A stretch of 64,000 nucleotides of DNA from an uncultured Chlamydiales bacterium (GTDB lineage: Bacteria > Chlamydiota > Chlamydiia > Chlamydiales > JAAKFR01): assembly GCA_963832835.1 (NCBI GenBank), contig CAWHVD010000001.1:2133199-2197198 (forward strand), read 5' to 3'. A model generated the notes under the pieces. That model searched no databases. It was not told the DNA's origin and saw only the letters and a program-made list of their open reading frames with translations. Positions 1-8,418 of this stretch are shown here, one piece after another. Made by a program: the position numbers and the translations under genes. Each line of letters opens with the position of its first letter. Position 1 is the first letter of the stretch.

Positions 1-1280
1 GCAATGCCAGGTGGTGGCAAGAGCTAGATGATCCTGTTCTCAATGCTCTGGTGCTGGAAGCCCTTGCTAATAACTATGATTTGAAGGTTGCGGTCGCACG
101 CGTATGTGAATTTTTTGCTCGCTACCAAGTCGTTAGCTCTCAATTATGGCCTCAAATCTCACTTGGCGGTACAGCGCTGAAAGAGAAAATTCCGCAGAGG
201 ACAGTTTTTGCTCCAGAGGGATTCAACCCGATTACACCGTTTTATGCTTATGAATTCTCTTTGGCCTACGAGATTGACTTTTGGGGTAAAATTCGTAGCC
301 AAGCCCACACAGCTTATGCTGAGGCCCTTGCCTCGATTGAGAATAGAAGAACTGTCGTTTTAACTATAGTGGGAGCAGTGTCGCAAGCATATGTACAGCT
401 ACGCGAGTTAGATCAAGAACTTGAAATCGCAGAGGCCACCCTTGCCGAGAGAAAAGAATACCTGCGACTGGCCACTCTCCGTTTTCAAGGGGGGCTGACC
501 TCCGAAATTGAAGTGGTGCAAGCGGCCGCCGTTTACGACGAGACGCTCGCAAACGTCACTTTTCTCCAAGAACTGATTCCTCAACAAGAAAATCTCATCA
601 GTGTTCTGGTAGGCTCCAACCCCACATGTATTCTACGCGGCAGCACCCTATCTGCCATGAAGCCTCCCCCGGATGTGCCTACCGGTCTACCTTCCGAACT
701 TCTTTTGCGTAGACCCGATATCCGTGCGGCTGAAGACCACCTGGTCGCTGCCAATGCAGAAATCGGAGCCGCGAGAGCCGCCTTTTTTCCCGATATCTCT
801 CTGACAGGACTTTTCGGAGGCGAAAGTTTTGAGCTCAAAACACTGTTCTCAACCGCCTCGCGTGCTTGGCACATTGGGGCTACTTTCCTGCAGCCTATTT
901 TCACAGGGGGCAAGTTAACAGGCGAGCTCAAAATTGCCTGGGCCAAGAAGCAAGAAGCGCTATATGCCTATGCTCAAACTGTCTTAAACGCTTTCAAAGA
1001 AGTAGAAGATGCACTCATTGCCTACCAGCAACAAAGTCAATTAATCAAAGTCCAAGAAGACAAGGTGGCACAGACGCGCACATATCTCCATCTATCATGG
1101 CTACGCTATTACAACGGCCAAACAGATTACCTGACGGTACTCGATGCTGAGCGCGAATTGTACGCCACACTCATCGATCTCACAAGGGCTCAGGGCAACA
1201 CCTTAATTGCATTCATCGATCTCTATAAAGCACTAGGAGGCGGCTGGGTCATTGACGCCGATTGCTGTCTCCGTCCTTAA
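1..1280 (+). CDS. Outer membrane efflux factor (NodT/OprM-type OMF), 5' end outside window
   Basis: The frame is open from base 3 (..NARWWQELDDPVLNALVLEALANNYDL..), so the start lies upstream of the window. Both beta-hairpin segments are present (PQISLGG..YEIDFWGKIR and FFPDISLTGLFG..LQPIFTGG). RPDIRAAEDHLVAANAEIGAARAAFFP and the C-terminal LYKALGGGW are typical OMF motifs. Confidence 0.85.
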   Translation, partial: NARWWQELDDPVLNALVLEALANNYDLKVAVARVCEFFARYQVVSSQLWPQISLGGTALKEKIPQRTVFAPEGFNPITPFYAYEFSLAYEIDFWGKIRSQAHTAYAEALASIENRRTVVLTIVGAVSQAYVQLRELDQELEIAEATLAERKEYLRLATLRFQGGLTSEIEVVQAAAVYDETLANVTFLQELIPQQENLISVLVGSNPTCILRGSTLSAMKPPPDVPTGLPSELLLRRPDIRAAEDHLVAANAEIGAARAAFFPDISLTGLFGGESFELKTLFSTASRAWHIGATFLQPIFTGGKLTGELKIAWAKKQEALYAYAQTVLNAFKEVEDALIAYQQQSQLIKVQEDKVAQTRTYLHLSWLRYYNGQTDYLTVLDAERELYATLIDLTRAQGNTLIAFIDLYKALGGGWVIDADCCLRP

Positions 1281-1459
1281 CTCGACTTTGTACATTTTTG
1301 GGGCCGCCTGTTTCGCCTATTTACTCTCAGACGTTTACCTTCGGCAAACTGGACGATTTATTTAAACAGGAAGGGGTTTTTAACCCCTTCCTATTCAACT
1401 AAACGTCCCTGAGAGCAAATATCTCGAGGCCTTCGGTCCCAAAAATGTACAAAGCCGAG
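1281..1459. repeat. 179-bp nested palindromic MITE-like element / bidirectional terminator
   Basis: Outer inverted repeats 1281-1306 and 1434-1459 match 24 of 26. An inner pair lies at 1320-1337 / 1401-1420, and a central hairpin ggaagggg-ttttta-ccccttcc at 1369-1391. CTTAA flanks both sides (1276-1280, 1460-1464). Confidence 0.6.
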
Positions 1460-1464
1460 CTTAA

Positions 1465-3447
1465 TCAAAAATCTATCTCTTGAATGACTTTCAATTTTTC
1501 TTTTATTTCATCGATGAAATGATGAGAAATGACTAAAATAGACGGGGGACAAGAAAGCTGTTGCAAGGCATGAATAGCTTCGAGCTGATAATTGATATTG
1601 ACTTTATCAAGATGAGTCAAGGGCTCATCTAAAATAACAAAACGCAATTCTTTAGTAGATCTACACGATTCTAAGGCGATGAGGATAACCAGCCTTCGTT
1701 TTTCTCCTGATGACAACGTAGAGAAATTCCTCGCGGGAAAAATCCGATCAGTCGCTAGATTACCTCCAGCATTTTTAAAAAATGAATCTATTTGATCTAT
1801 TTGCTTTTTTCTTAAGTCTTTCAAAAACTCTAACATCTGGCAAGGAAATACTGAAGGCTTACGGGCTTCAATATTTTTAATTTCTTGCTCAATTAAATTG
1901 TCTGGAGATTTCCATGCCAAATCGACCAACAATGAATCAAACTGGGTTTTAGATTCCTTAAGCAAAGATTCATTTCCCAAAAAGGTAATGCTTTTGAACA
2001 AATCTATTATCCTAGTATTCGTGCTCACATTTTCTTCCCTAAAAAAGAAGATTCTAGAATCGAACTCTTCACGTGAAAGCTCATGAACATTGATAACTTG
2101 CCCATGAGATATAAAAAGGAGATCCCCCGTATGTTCTATGAGATGTGTTACTGCTGCAAGAAAGGTCGATTTTCCTTTCCCGGATGGTGCTTTTAAAAGG
2201 GTGACTGAGCCCGAAGGAATGAAACAAGATACTGACAATGTTTCATGTTGGAAGGAAACATTTGGTGAAAAATCCTCGAGCAATAATCCATTGTCATATT
2301 TAGGCGAAATGACAGCTTGAAGAACCCGCCCCTGAAGGGCTTCGGGATGCTTCGCCTTGTAAGATTTTGAAACGTATTTGCTTAGGCTCGCCTCACTCGG
2401 CCCTGAAGGGTCTGGATTGCAGCTTAGCGCAAGTTCAGTTTTTTTGTGCATGCTGCAATGCTCCTTCCATCTTTGAGGAGTCGCTATCAAGTCAAGGCTA
2501 GATAATGCCTGAATGAGATGAGAAGTTGTTTCGGTTGTCCTCATAGCCGCAACCCTAGACTTTTGGAATGCTAATGTTCCTGTGAGACCGACCAAGCCCT
2601 GTGTAAGACCAAAAAAGCTCGATAAAAGTTGTCCCGTGCCGCTCCAGATGAATCTCAATGAAAACAGTAAAAGTGGTAATTGCGATAAAAAATTCACCTT
2701 TACTGTAAGCCAAACATGTTCTTTGTATATTTTGTCCACATACTGAAGAAGCTGCGCCGCTAAGCCGAGACGTAATTCAGATTCCCTTCTAAAGGTATTT
2801 TCTTTAAAAAATCTTTCACCGATTGGAAAAGATGCCAATCCTAAAACTATCACAATAAAAGCAGTCGTGCTATCGCCGTTTGCCAGAAGAGCAAAACCAC
2901 AAAAAAGCGGAGCGCCTATATTTAAGATTCTTGATCTTTGGTAGCCATTTAGTTCTGATTGATAGACTTCTGTAGGAAGCGATTGCAATGAATTGATTTC
3001 TGTTTCAGAACAACCTCTACCCGCTAAAAAAGACTGAATCTCTATAGAATGGGTGCTTAATCGTTTGAGATATTTTTGAAGCTCCAAACTCAGAAAAGTT
3101 CCTGATTTGTTCTGAAGAAAAGCACCGATTATCGCACCACCAATCTTTAAGACAACCCCCGTAAAGAAAATCCATAGAGGCCTATAGGCAGATAACCCAA
3201 GAGTAATAAAAAAATATCCCCATATCTCAACGAATAAAAATAAAGCTAAAAAAAGGCGAAATGATGCTAAGATTGTCGATGGTTTTTCATGACCAGAAAC
3301 CTCAAATAAGAGAGATGCCGGCACTTGATTATTTCCACACCATTTTTTATCTAGATCTATGAGAATGGATTTTTTCAACTGCCAGTTCTCTCCTATGTAA
3401 GCTAGCTTAGACCATTGGTTTATCGTCGCAACACCAAGTTGCCACAA
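1465..3447 (-). CDS. Atypical ABC transporter, fused membrane domain plus ATPase
   Basis: 660-aa ORF with a hydrophobic N-terminal half. The C-terminal NBD has Walker A (APSGKGKST), ABC signature (LSSGEKRR), Walker B (FVILDEPL) and H-loop (VISHH). It is clearly AT-richer than the flanking genes. Confidence 0.7.
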   Translation of the reverse strand: MWQLGVATINQWSKLAYIGENWQLKKSILIDLDKKWCGNNQVPASLLFEVSGHEKPSTILASFRLFLALFLFVEIWGYFFITLGLSAYRPLWIFFTGVVLKIGGAIIGAFLQNKSGTFLSLELQKYLKRLSTHSIEIQSFLAGRGCSETEINSLQSLPTEVYQSELNGYQRSRILNIGAPLFCGFALLANGDSTTAFIVIVLGLASFPIGERFFKENTFRRESELRLGLAAQLLQYVDKIYKEHVWLTVKVNFLSQLPLLLFSLRFIWSGTGQLLSSFFGLTQGLVGLTGTLAFQKSRVAAMRTTETTSHLIQALSSLDLIATPQRWKEHCSMHKKTELALSCNPDPSGPSEASLSKYVSKSYKAKHPEALQGRVLQAVISPKYDNGLLLEDFSPNVSFQHETLSVSCFIPSGSVTLLKAPSGKGKSTFLAAVTHLIEHTGDLLFISHGQVINVHELSREEFDSRIFFFREENVSTNTRIIDLFKSITFLGNESLLKESKTQFDSLLVDLAWKSPDNLIEQEIKNIEARKPSVFPCQMLEFLKDLRKKQIDQIDSFFKNAGGNLATDRIFPARNFSTLSSGEKRRLVILIALESCRSTKELRFVILDEPLTHLDKVNINYQLEAIHALQQLSCPPSILVISHHFIDEIKEKLKVIQEIDF

Positions 3448-3697
3448 CTGGCCCTGACTCTGTCAATTTCCATGACGACGCAAATGCTTTTGCTGGCAAG
3501 TCCCTCTTTTTGACAATTCTAAGAGTAGATTCTTTAAACTCTAGGTTTGATGTTTCATGAAGGACTTCATCTTCATTCAGTGCAAAATGCTGATGAGAGA
3601 CTGACTTCTACTCACAAGCAAAATTCATACCTTTAGGACGAAATTTCCGGATGCACCAGAAATGTTTATGAAATCGCCCTGAAATGTTCATTGATCT

Positions 3698-4027
3698 TCA
3701 TAATTTATTTTTTAAATCTTCTATTTTGTCTTTGATCATTTTATTTAAAATATTCAATGAATTCACAACTATTGTATCTCCATCATTAGCGGGCTTATCT
3801 AAACCCTGGTCTAAAGCTAAAGAATAAGCAACCTCAATATCCAGCCATGTTGTACGGAAATTTTTTTTCCATTCTTTATCTACTACCGTCAACTGCTTTA
3901 GATAACTTTCTAAATCGTATATTAAGTCGCTAATATAGATAGATTTATTAAAATATTTTGTAATTTTTAAAGTCATCAATTCTAAAACGCTAATATCTTT
4001 TTGGATGCTATTTTCTTGCAGCGTCAT
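3698..4027 (-). CDS. Small cytoplasmic protein, candidate immunity partner of the upstream toxin-like gene
   Basis: 109-aa ORF whose ATG overlaps the stop of 4024-4881 (ATGA at 4024-4027). It is very AT-rich and has no recognisable motif. The role is inferred from position only. Confidence 0.4.
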   Translation of the reverse strand: MTLQENSIQKDISVLELMTLKITKYFNKSIYISDLIYDLESYLKQLTVVDKEWKKNFRTTWLDIEVAYSLALDQGLDKPANDGDTIVVNSLNILNKMIKDKIEDLKNKL

Positions 4028-4881
4028 TGGTTGATTTCTCCATAAGAAATTGTTATCACTCTACCTTCATTATTTAAAACGACAGCCACGTCATTAACAC
4101 TATCATAGTAAGCCATAGTACCTGGATTTTTTCCTGCAGAATAAGAACCTTTCTTTATCGTCTGTTCGATTACAGAAGGAGTAAATCCTCTATTTTGCGT
4201 TTGATCTAAAGCATGTGCTGAATAAGTACGACCTTGAATAGTTGCCAGGCTATTTTTTAAAGGTTGATAAGAAGGATTTTTTAACTCAAAGCCTTTATGA
4301 CCAAGAAATCCATTACTCCCTCTTAGTTGTTTAGTACTTTGCTTAGCAATTTTAGTGATTTGAGTAGGCATTCTCGCTAATTTGGTGAACCCAATCACAC
4401 CCTTGATCGCCCCATATCCTCCAGCAACCAGAGAGCCTATTTCTAACCCCATCGTAGTTTTAGAGCGGAAAGCTTGATAGAGAGCGTCTAATTCATCCAT
4501 TGCCATCATGCCCATCAGGCAGCTTCCTACTGCGGCGATTTGACGCATTTGAGATTGCTCTACTGCTTCGATCATATTGATTCTTTCGTGAAGGCTCATC
4601 TCCAGTTCTGCAGAGCCGATGTAGACAGCTGCACTTTGAAGGTCATGGAGTGAGCCTGCCAAAAAATCCACGACGCCATGGCCTATCCCTCCCAGCACGC
4701 TTTTGATATTGCTGCCCATTTTGCTACGGTAGCTATTGGCTGGAGCTTCGCTTCTTCCATCTCTTCCGCAGATGCAAACGCATCCTGGCGGGGCATTATG
4801 CCAGCCAGGGTGTCCATGCTGCGTGCAGCCACAATTTGGGGCTAATTGGGAGTTAAATCCGAAATAATCCACATATTTCAC
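4024..4881 (-). CDS. Toxin-like protein with a DUF4258/BrnT-RelE-like C-terminal module (tentative)
   Basis: 285-aa ORF with a GTG start. It has a Cys-rich N-terminus and a glycine-zipper hydrophobic stretch (LEIGSLVAGGYGAIKGVIGF). The C-terminus YSAHALDQTQNRGFTPSVIEQTIKKG...VAVVLNNEGRVITI resembles the H-x(6)-RG-x(5)-V/I-E pattern of small RNase toxin tips in polymorphic toxin systems. Confidence 0.45.
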   Translation of the reverse strand: MKYVDYFGFNSQLAPNCGCTQHGHPGWHNAPPGCVCICGRDGRSEAPANSYRSKMGSNIKSVLGGIGHGVVDFLAGSLHDLQSAAVYIGSAELEMSLHERINMIEAVEQSQMRQIAAVGSCLMGMMAMDELDALYQAFRSKTTMGLEIGSLVAGGYGAIKGVIGFTKLARMPTQITKIAKQSTKQLRGSNGFLGHKGFELKNPSYQPLKNSLATIQGRTYSAHALDQTQNRGFTPSVIEQTIKKGSYSAGKNPGTMAYYDSVNDVAVVLNNEGRVITISYGEINQ

Positions 4882-4885
4882 GGGA

Positions 4886-5068
4886 TTATTGCGGACGGTC
4901 GACTTCTACCTCCGTGTAGTCACCGTGAATGGTGCTGACGTTTTCAACTATGCTAGCTGGATCCCCTTCTCTTGATCCGAGGTATATTTCACTGATTGAA
5001 CTTTGAGCAGCATTTACATGCTGAATACAGAACAGGCAGGCTATAAAGCCAAGTATCAATCGCGTCAT
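4886..5068 (-). pseudogene. 60-aa signal-peptide stub resembling an RHS protein N-terminus (possible remnant)
   Basis: It has a Sec-like signal (MTRLILGFIACLFCIQHVNA). The segment GDPASIVENVSTIHGDYTEVEVD resembles VNPITGEYCEEELDLVV at the N-terminus of the RHS protein at 30575-35728. It stops 4 nt before the next ORF and is in a different frame from it. Confidence 0.3.
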
Positions 5069-5204
5069 CGTTTAGCTCGCTAATTAGCGCAAGGCACACC
5101 TTACAATCTGAAAGCGTTGGATAATACGCAAAATGCCAGTATTTTCACGAATAGAATTTTTTATGATTTTGTTAAGCTCTCGTTAAACAGAAACTACCCA
5201 GCTA

Positions 5205-5383
5205 CAGGGCGTTTTCACTAAAAAGATTTGACAGTCATTAAATCCTTCCTATCCTGCCGCTTGCGATCCTGCTCATCATGTTATTTTTCAAAAAGAGAAA
5301 CAAGATTTGCAGGATCGCAAGCGGCAGGATATTGAGGATAAATAACTTATCTTCTGTAAAGTATTTTTAGTGAAAACACCCTG
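5205..5383. mobile_element. 179-bp MITE with 20-bp terminal inverted repeats and a 9-bp target-site duplication
   Basis: TIRs are cagggcgttttcactaaaaa (5205-5224) and tttttagtgaaaacaccctg (5364-5383), matching 19/20. There is an inner perfect 22-bp inverted repeat (5251-5272 / 5309-5330). Identical ACCCAGCTA lies directly outside both ends (5196-5204, 5384-5392). Confidence 0.7.
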
Positions 5384-5548
5384 ACCCAGCTATGGCCACT
5401 ACCTGTGTATTTGATCGTTTTGCTTTGAATTTTCCCACAGAGAGGCTTTTAACCAAAAAGATGGATTACCTGAATAGTTACAAAAAATCCTCTTTGCGTC
5501 TTTGTGTCTTTGCGTTTAAATGGGTGGGAACGATAGGAGGTTAGAAAA

Positions 5549-6136
5549 ATGGAACACCCTTTCACATTGCCATTAGGAGCTAAAGCTCCCCCGTTTAAGT
5601 TGCCAGCCACAGACGGGAAACAATACAGTCTACCAGACTTCAAAGGATCGAAAGTCCTCGTTATTTTTTTCACGTGCAACCACTGCCCTTATGTCACCGG
5701 ATCTGACGAAGTGACACGTCAAACCGCTGACAAATTCAAGGCCCAAGGAGTCCAATTTGTCGGGATTAATTCTAATAGCAAAAATACTTACAGTGAAGAT
5801 TCCTTTGAGCACATGATCGCTCGGATGAAAACCTATCAATTTCCTTGGATCTATTTGTATGATGCTGATCAGGATGTAGCACGCAGCTATGGAGCGCTCC
5901 GTACACCCCAGTTTTATGTTTTCGACAGCGAAGCTCGATTGATTTACTGCGGCAGAGGGAATGACAGTCCCCGTGACACTTCTAAAATGACACGCAACGA
6001 TTTAGCACATGCCCTAGAAGAACATCTGAGCGGTAAATCTATTTCATTACCTCTCACCAATCCGATCGGATGCAACATCAAATGGGAAGGTAAGCCCCCT
6101 CACTGGATGCCTCCAGAAGCATGTGATCTCATTTAA
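5549..6136 (+). CDS. Thioredoxin-fold protein (AhpC/TSA-redoxin family, CxxC)
   Basis: 195-aa ORF. Motifs are [15 protein letters not shown] (CxxC) and [11 protein letters not shown] (cis-Pro loop), in a typical redoxin layout. An SD-like aggagg precedes the ATG. Confidence 0.8.
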   Translation: MEHPFTLPLGAKAPPFKLPATDGKQYSLPDFKGSKVLVIFFTCNHCPYVTGSDEVTRQTADKFKAQGVQFVGINSNSKNTYSEDSFEHMIARMKTYQFPWIYLYDADQDVARSYGALRTPQFYVFDSEARLIYCGRGNDSPRDTSKMTRNDLAHALEEHLSGKSISLPLTNPIGCNIKWEGKPPHWMPPEACDLI

Positions 6137-6204
6137 TTTTTTTGTCTCCTTGAAAACTAATCCTTAGATCGTTAAGGTTTTTTGCTTTTAACAAGGAGAA
6201 AAAA

Positions 6205-6744
6205 ATGACAACATCAACGGTTAACTTTGAAATTGGGGTTGTGGGTCCGGTACCTTCATGCGACTATTACCTCATAAAGTCAGGTGAGCTTGCTGGCAGA
6301 AACATCGTCACAAATAAAAATCAAAGTCCGGTTTCATGGTCTGATGTAGCTATTGTTGTAGGGGTGCTTGTCCTAACCGGCGGAATCCTTCTGGCGCATA
6401 ATTTATATCAAAATTACAACAAGCCCAATTTTTTTGCAGAATCCGATAAAACAAACTACAACAGACCTAAAGTTTTTGCAGAATTTGATCACGAAAATTT
6501 TGCAAAATATCAGATTAATGCTCAGAACGATCAAATCCAATCGTTACCAAAAGACCATTATGCTTCTCTAAAATTGAATGTGTCAAGTGCGCAAAGATAT
6601 TTCATGGTCATCAATGAAGGGGGAACCCTTAAGTGTACCGATCTCTATTACACCACTCAAGTGAGCATTATGGAAGCTTATGTCAAAGCTACCCCTTTAA
6701 AATTATATCGGGTAGTGTGCGACGTAATAGACACAACTCCATAA
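6205..6744 (+). CDS. Hypothetical single-pass membrane protein with an internal 12-aa duplication
   Basis: 179-aa ORF with RBS aaggag upstream and TM segment VAIVVGVLVLTGGILLAHNLY. It has a tandem NYNKPNFFAESD / NYNRPKVFAEFD. Confidence 0.5.
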   Translation: MTTSTVNFEIGVVGPVPSCDYYLIKSGELAGRNIVTNKNQSPVSWSDVAIVVGVLVLTGGILLAHNLYQNYNKPNFFAESDKTNYNRPKVFAEFDHENFAKYQINAQNDQIQSLPKDHYASLKLNVSSAQRYFMVINEGGTLKCTDLYYTTQVSIMEAYVKATPLKLYRVVCDVIDTTP

Positions 6745-6767
6745 GAAAGAATCAGCGTATGCCAAGA

Positions 6768-6800
6768 GCCCGGGGCCCTTACCCGGGCATGTGCTCTTTT
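6768..6800 (+). terminator. Stem-loop terminator after 6205-6744
   Basis: gcccggg-gccctta-cccgggc (6768-6788) is followed by a T-rich tract (ctcttttt). Confidence 0.4.
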
Positions 6801-6805
6801 TCTGT

Positions 6806-6834
6806 CTGACAAATAATCCCAAACGTCCTATATG
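6806..6834 (+). promoter_or_regulatory. Possible sigma70-type promoter of the export operon
   Basis: CTGACA (6806-6811), 17-nt spacer, TATATG (6829-6834), about 25 nt upstream of the ATG at 6860. Sequence pattern only. Confidence 0.3.
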
Positions 6835-6859
6835 TGCATAACGGAGGGTAAAAAACCGC

Positions 6860-8401
6860 ATGCGCATCTTTTGGATTTTAGCCCTAGGCTTGATTGGCAC
6901 GCTTGCCTGGGGTAGCGAGTGCCAGCTGAGCTCTACCGATGCCATTAAACAGACGCTACAAAATCAGTGGTCCATCCAACTCTCCGAACAACAAACTGTT
7001 GTCCAAGAAGGGCTTCTACAGCAGGCTGCGGGTGCTTTCGATGCAGTGTTAAATACCGATTATTCCAGAACCTTTCAGGTCGACCTCCAATCTCCTCTGG
7101 GTGACAAATCGGATTTTGTGGGTAAGCTGACAGAAACAAATCTGATCCTCCAGAAATTATCACGCATCGGAACCGTCTATTCACTAAACTATAGAAACGT
7201 CAATGTCCTCAATCCGTTCATTATTAATCTAGAGCCTCCCCGTACCGACACTACAGCCCTTTCCTTCTCCATCAATCAACCTTTGCTACGCAACTTGTAC
7301 TACAGTCCTCAAACAACACTTGAGAAGGTTCAGTATATGGCTTATGAATCCTCAGTATTTCAAAATGTTCAAAACATCGCAAATGCAGTAGCCACTACCC
7401 TTGCTGCTTATTGGCAAGTCGTGGGCAACAAAAAAATCCTGAATGCCACAATTCAACAGGAAGAAGAATTGACACGCTTTGCACAGTATGCACAAAGACT
7501 TGTTGATGAAGACCAACAAGGAGCGGCCTCTGTTTACCAACCACTTGCCAATTTAGCCAACGCAACAGTTGACCGGCTGCAGGCCGAACAAAATGTACGC
7601 ACGGCATACAACGCTCTTCTGTTTGCAATGGGCAGCGCCCCTCCCCGTGAGGACGAGGATACTTATCAATGCATCGAATTTGAACCTTTACCACCGCTCA
7701 CCAATCTTCCTGAACTAGACGAATGCTGCTTTCAAAATTACCTCTCTCTCATCCCCATTAAGAGAATGGATGTAGTAGCCTCTCATCTGCTTGAAGATGT
7801 TGCCGCGCTCAACTTACAATCAGCAATGAACTCATTACTGCCTGAGCTCAATGTGATCGGCAAAGCCGGACTATTGAATACCAATGGCGGCCGTAGACAC
7901 AGCGGACTCTATGAGTCCTTTCCCGCCCAATCGAAACCTGAAAAAGATTATACGATTGGAATTACTCTCTCGTATCCATTCTGTAATGACGCGGCAAAAG
8001 GACTTGTGAAGCAAAATAAAGCCCTCCTTTTTCAGTCCCAAATCAATACTAGCCAGCTCGAGAGTCAAATTATCACCAATTTTAAAATCGCATTCACCTT
8101 GAACAACGCCTTGGTCAAACAATTGGTAGAAGCCCGCAAGGCTACCAAAGATTCAAGACTGGCCCTCGATGCGGAGGTCATAAAGCTACAAATTGGACTC
8201 ACTTCGTGGTTTGATGTATTAGGGCTGGCCAATGATGCTATAGCCGCTCAAATACAAGAGTACAGCCTTGAGATTCTTTTTCTTCAGAACTTGGTCCAAC
8301 TCCACCTTCTCGTTGGAGATCTAGTGAGTTGGGATGGACACATTAATTGCATGGATATCGCCGATTTCAAACAGTTTTTGTGTAAAAATACACCATACTA
8401 A
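6860..8401 (+). CDS. TolC-like outer membrane protein
   Basis: 513-aa ORF with signal peptide MRIFWILALGLIGTLAWG and RBS ggaggg. It has a two-repeat helical/strand organisation of outer membrane efflux proteins (..LSFSINQPLLRN.., ..ITLSYPF..). It is the first gene of a four-gene same-strand cluster. Confidence 0.75.
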   Translation: MRIFWILALGLIGTLAWGSECQLSSTDAIKQTLQNQWSIQLSEQQTVVQEGLLQQAAGAFDAVLNTDYSRTFQVDLQSPLGDKSDFVGKLTETNLILQKLSRIGTVYSLNYRNVNVLNPFIINLEPPRTDTTALSFSINQPLLRNLYYSPQTTLEKVQYMAYESSVFQNVQNIANAVATTLAAYWQVVGNKKILNATIQQEEELTRFAQYAQRLVDEDQQGAASVYQPLANLANATVDRLQAEQNVRTAYNALLFAMGSAPPREDEDTYQCIEFEPLPPLTNLPELDECCFQNYLSLIPIKRMDVVASHLLEDVAALNLQSAMNSLLPELNVIGKAGLLNTNGGRRHSGLYESFPAQSKPEKDYTIGITLSYPFCNDAAKGLVKQNKALLFQSQINTSQLESQIITNFKIAFTLNNALVKQLVEARKATKDSRLALDAEVIKLQIGLTSWFDVLGLANDAIAAQIQEYSLEILFLQNLVQLHLLVGDLVSWDGHINCMDIADFKQFLCKNTPY

Positions 8402-8418
8402 AGAGAGTGTAGTAATAA

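Noticed and set aside
6205-6744. The 179-aa protein upstream of the exporter as its double-glycine cargo (it contains ..SGELAGRN.. near the N-terminus).
   Set aside because: It does not fit the LSxxELxxIxGG leader pattern. It has a central TM helix and is much larger than typical cargo peptides. I keep it as a hypothetical membrane protein.
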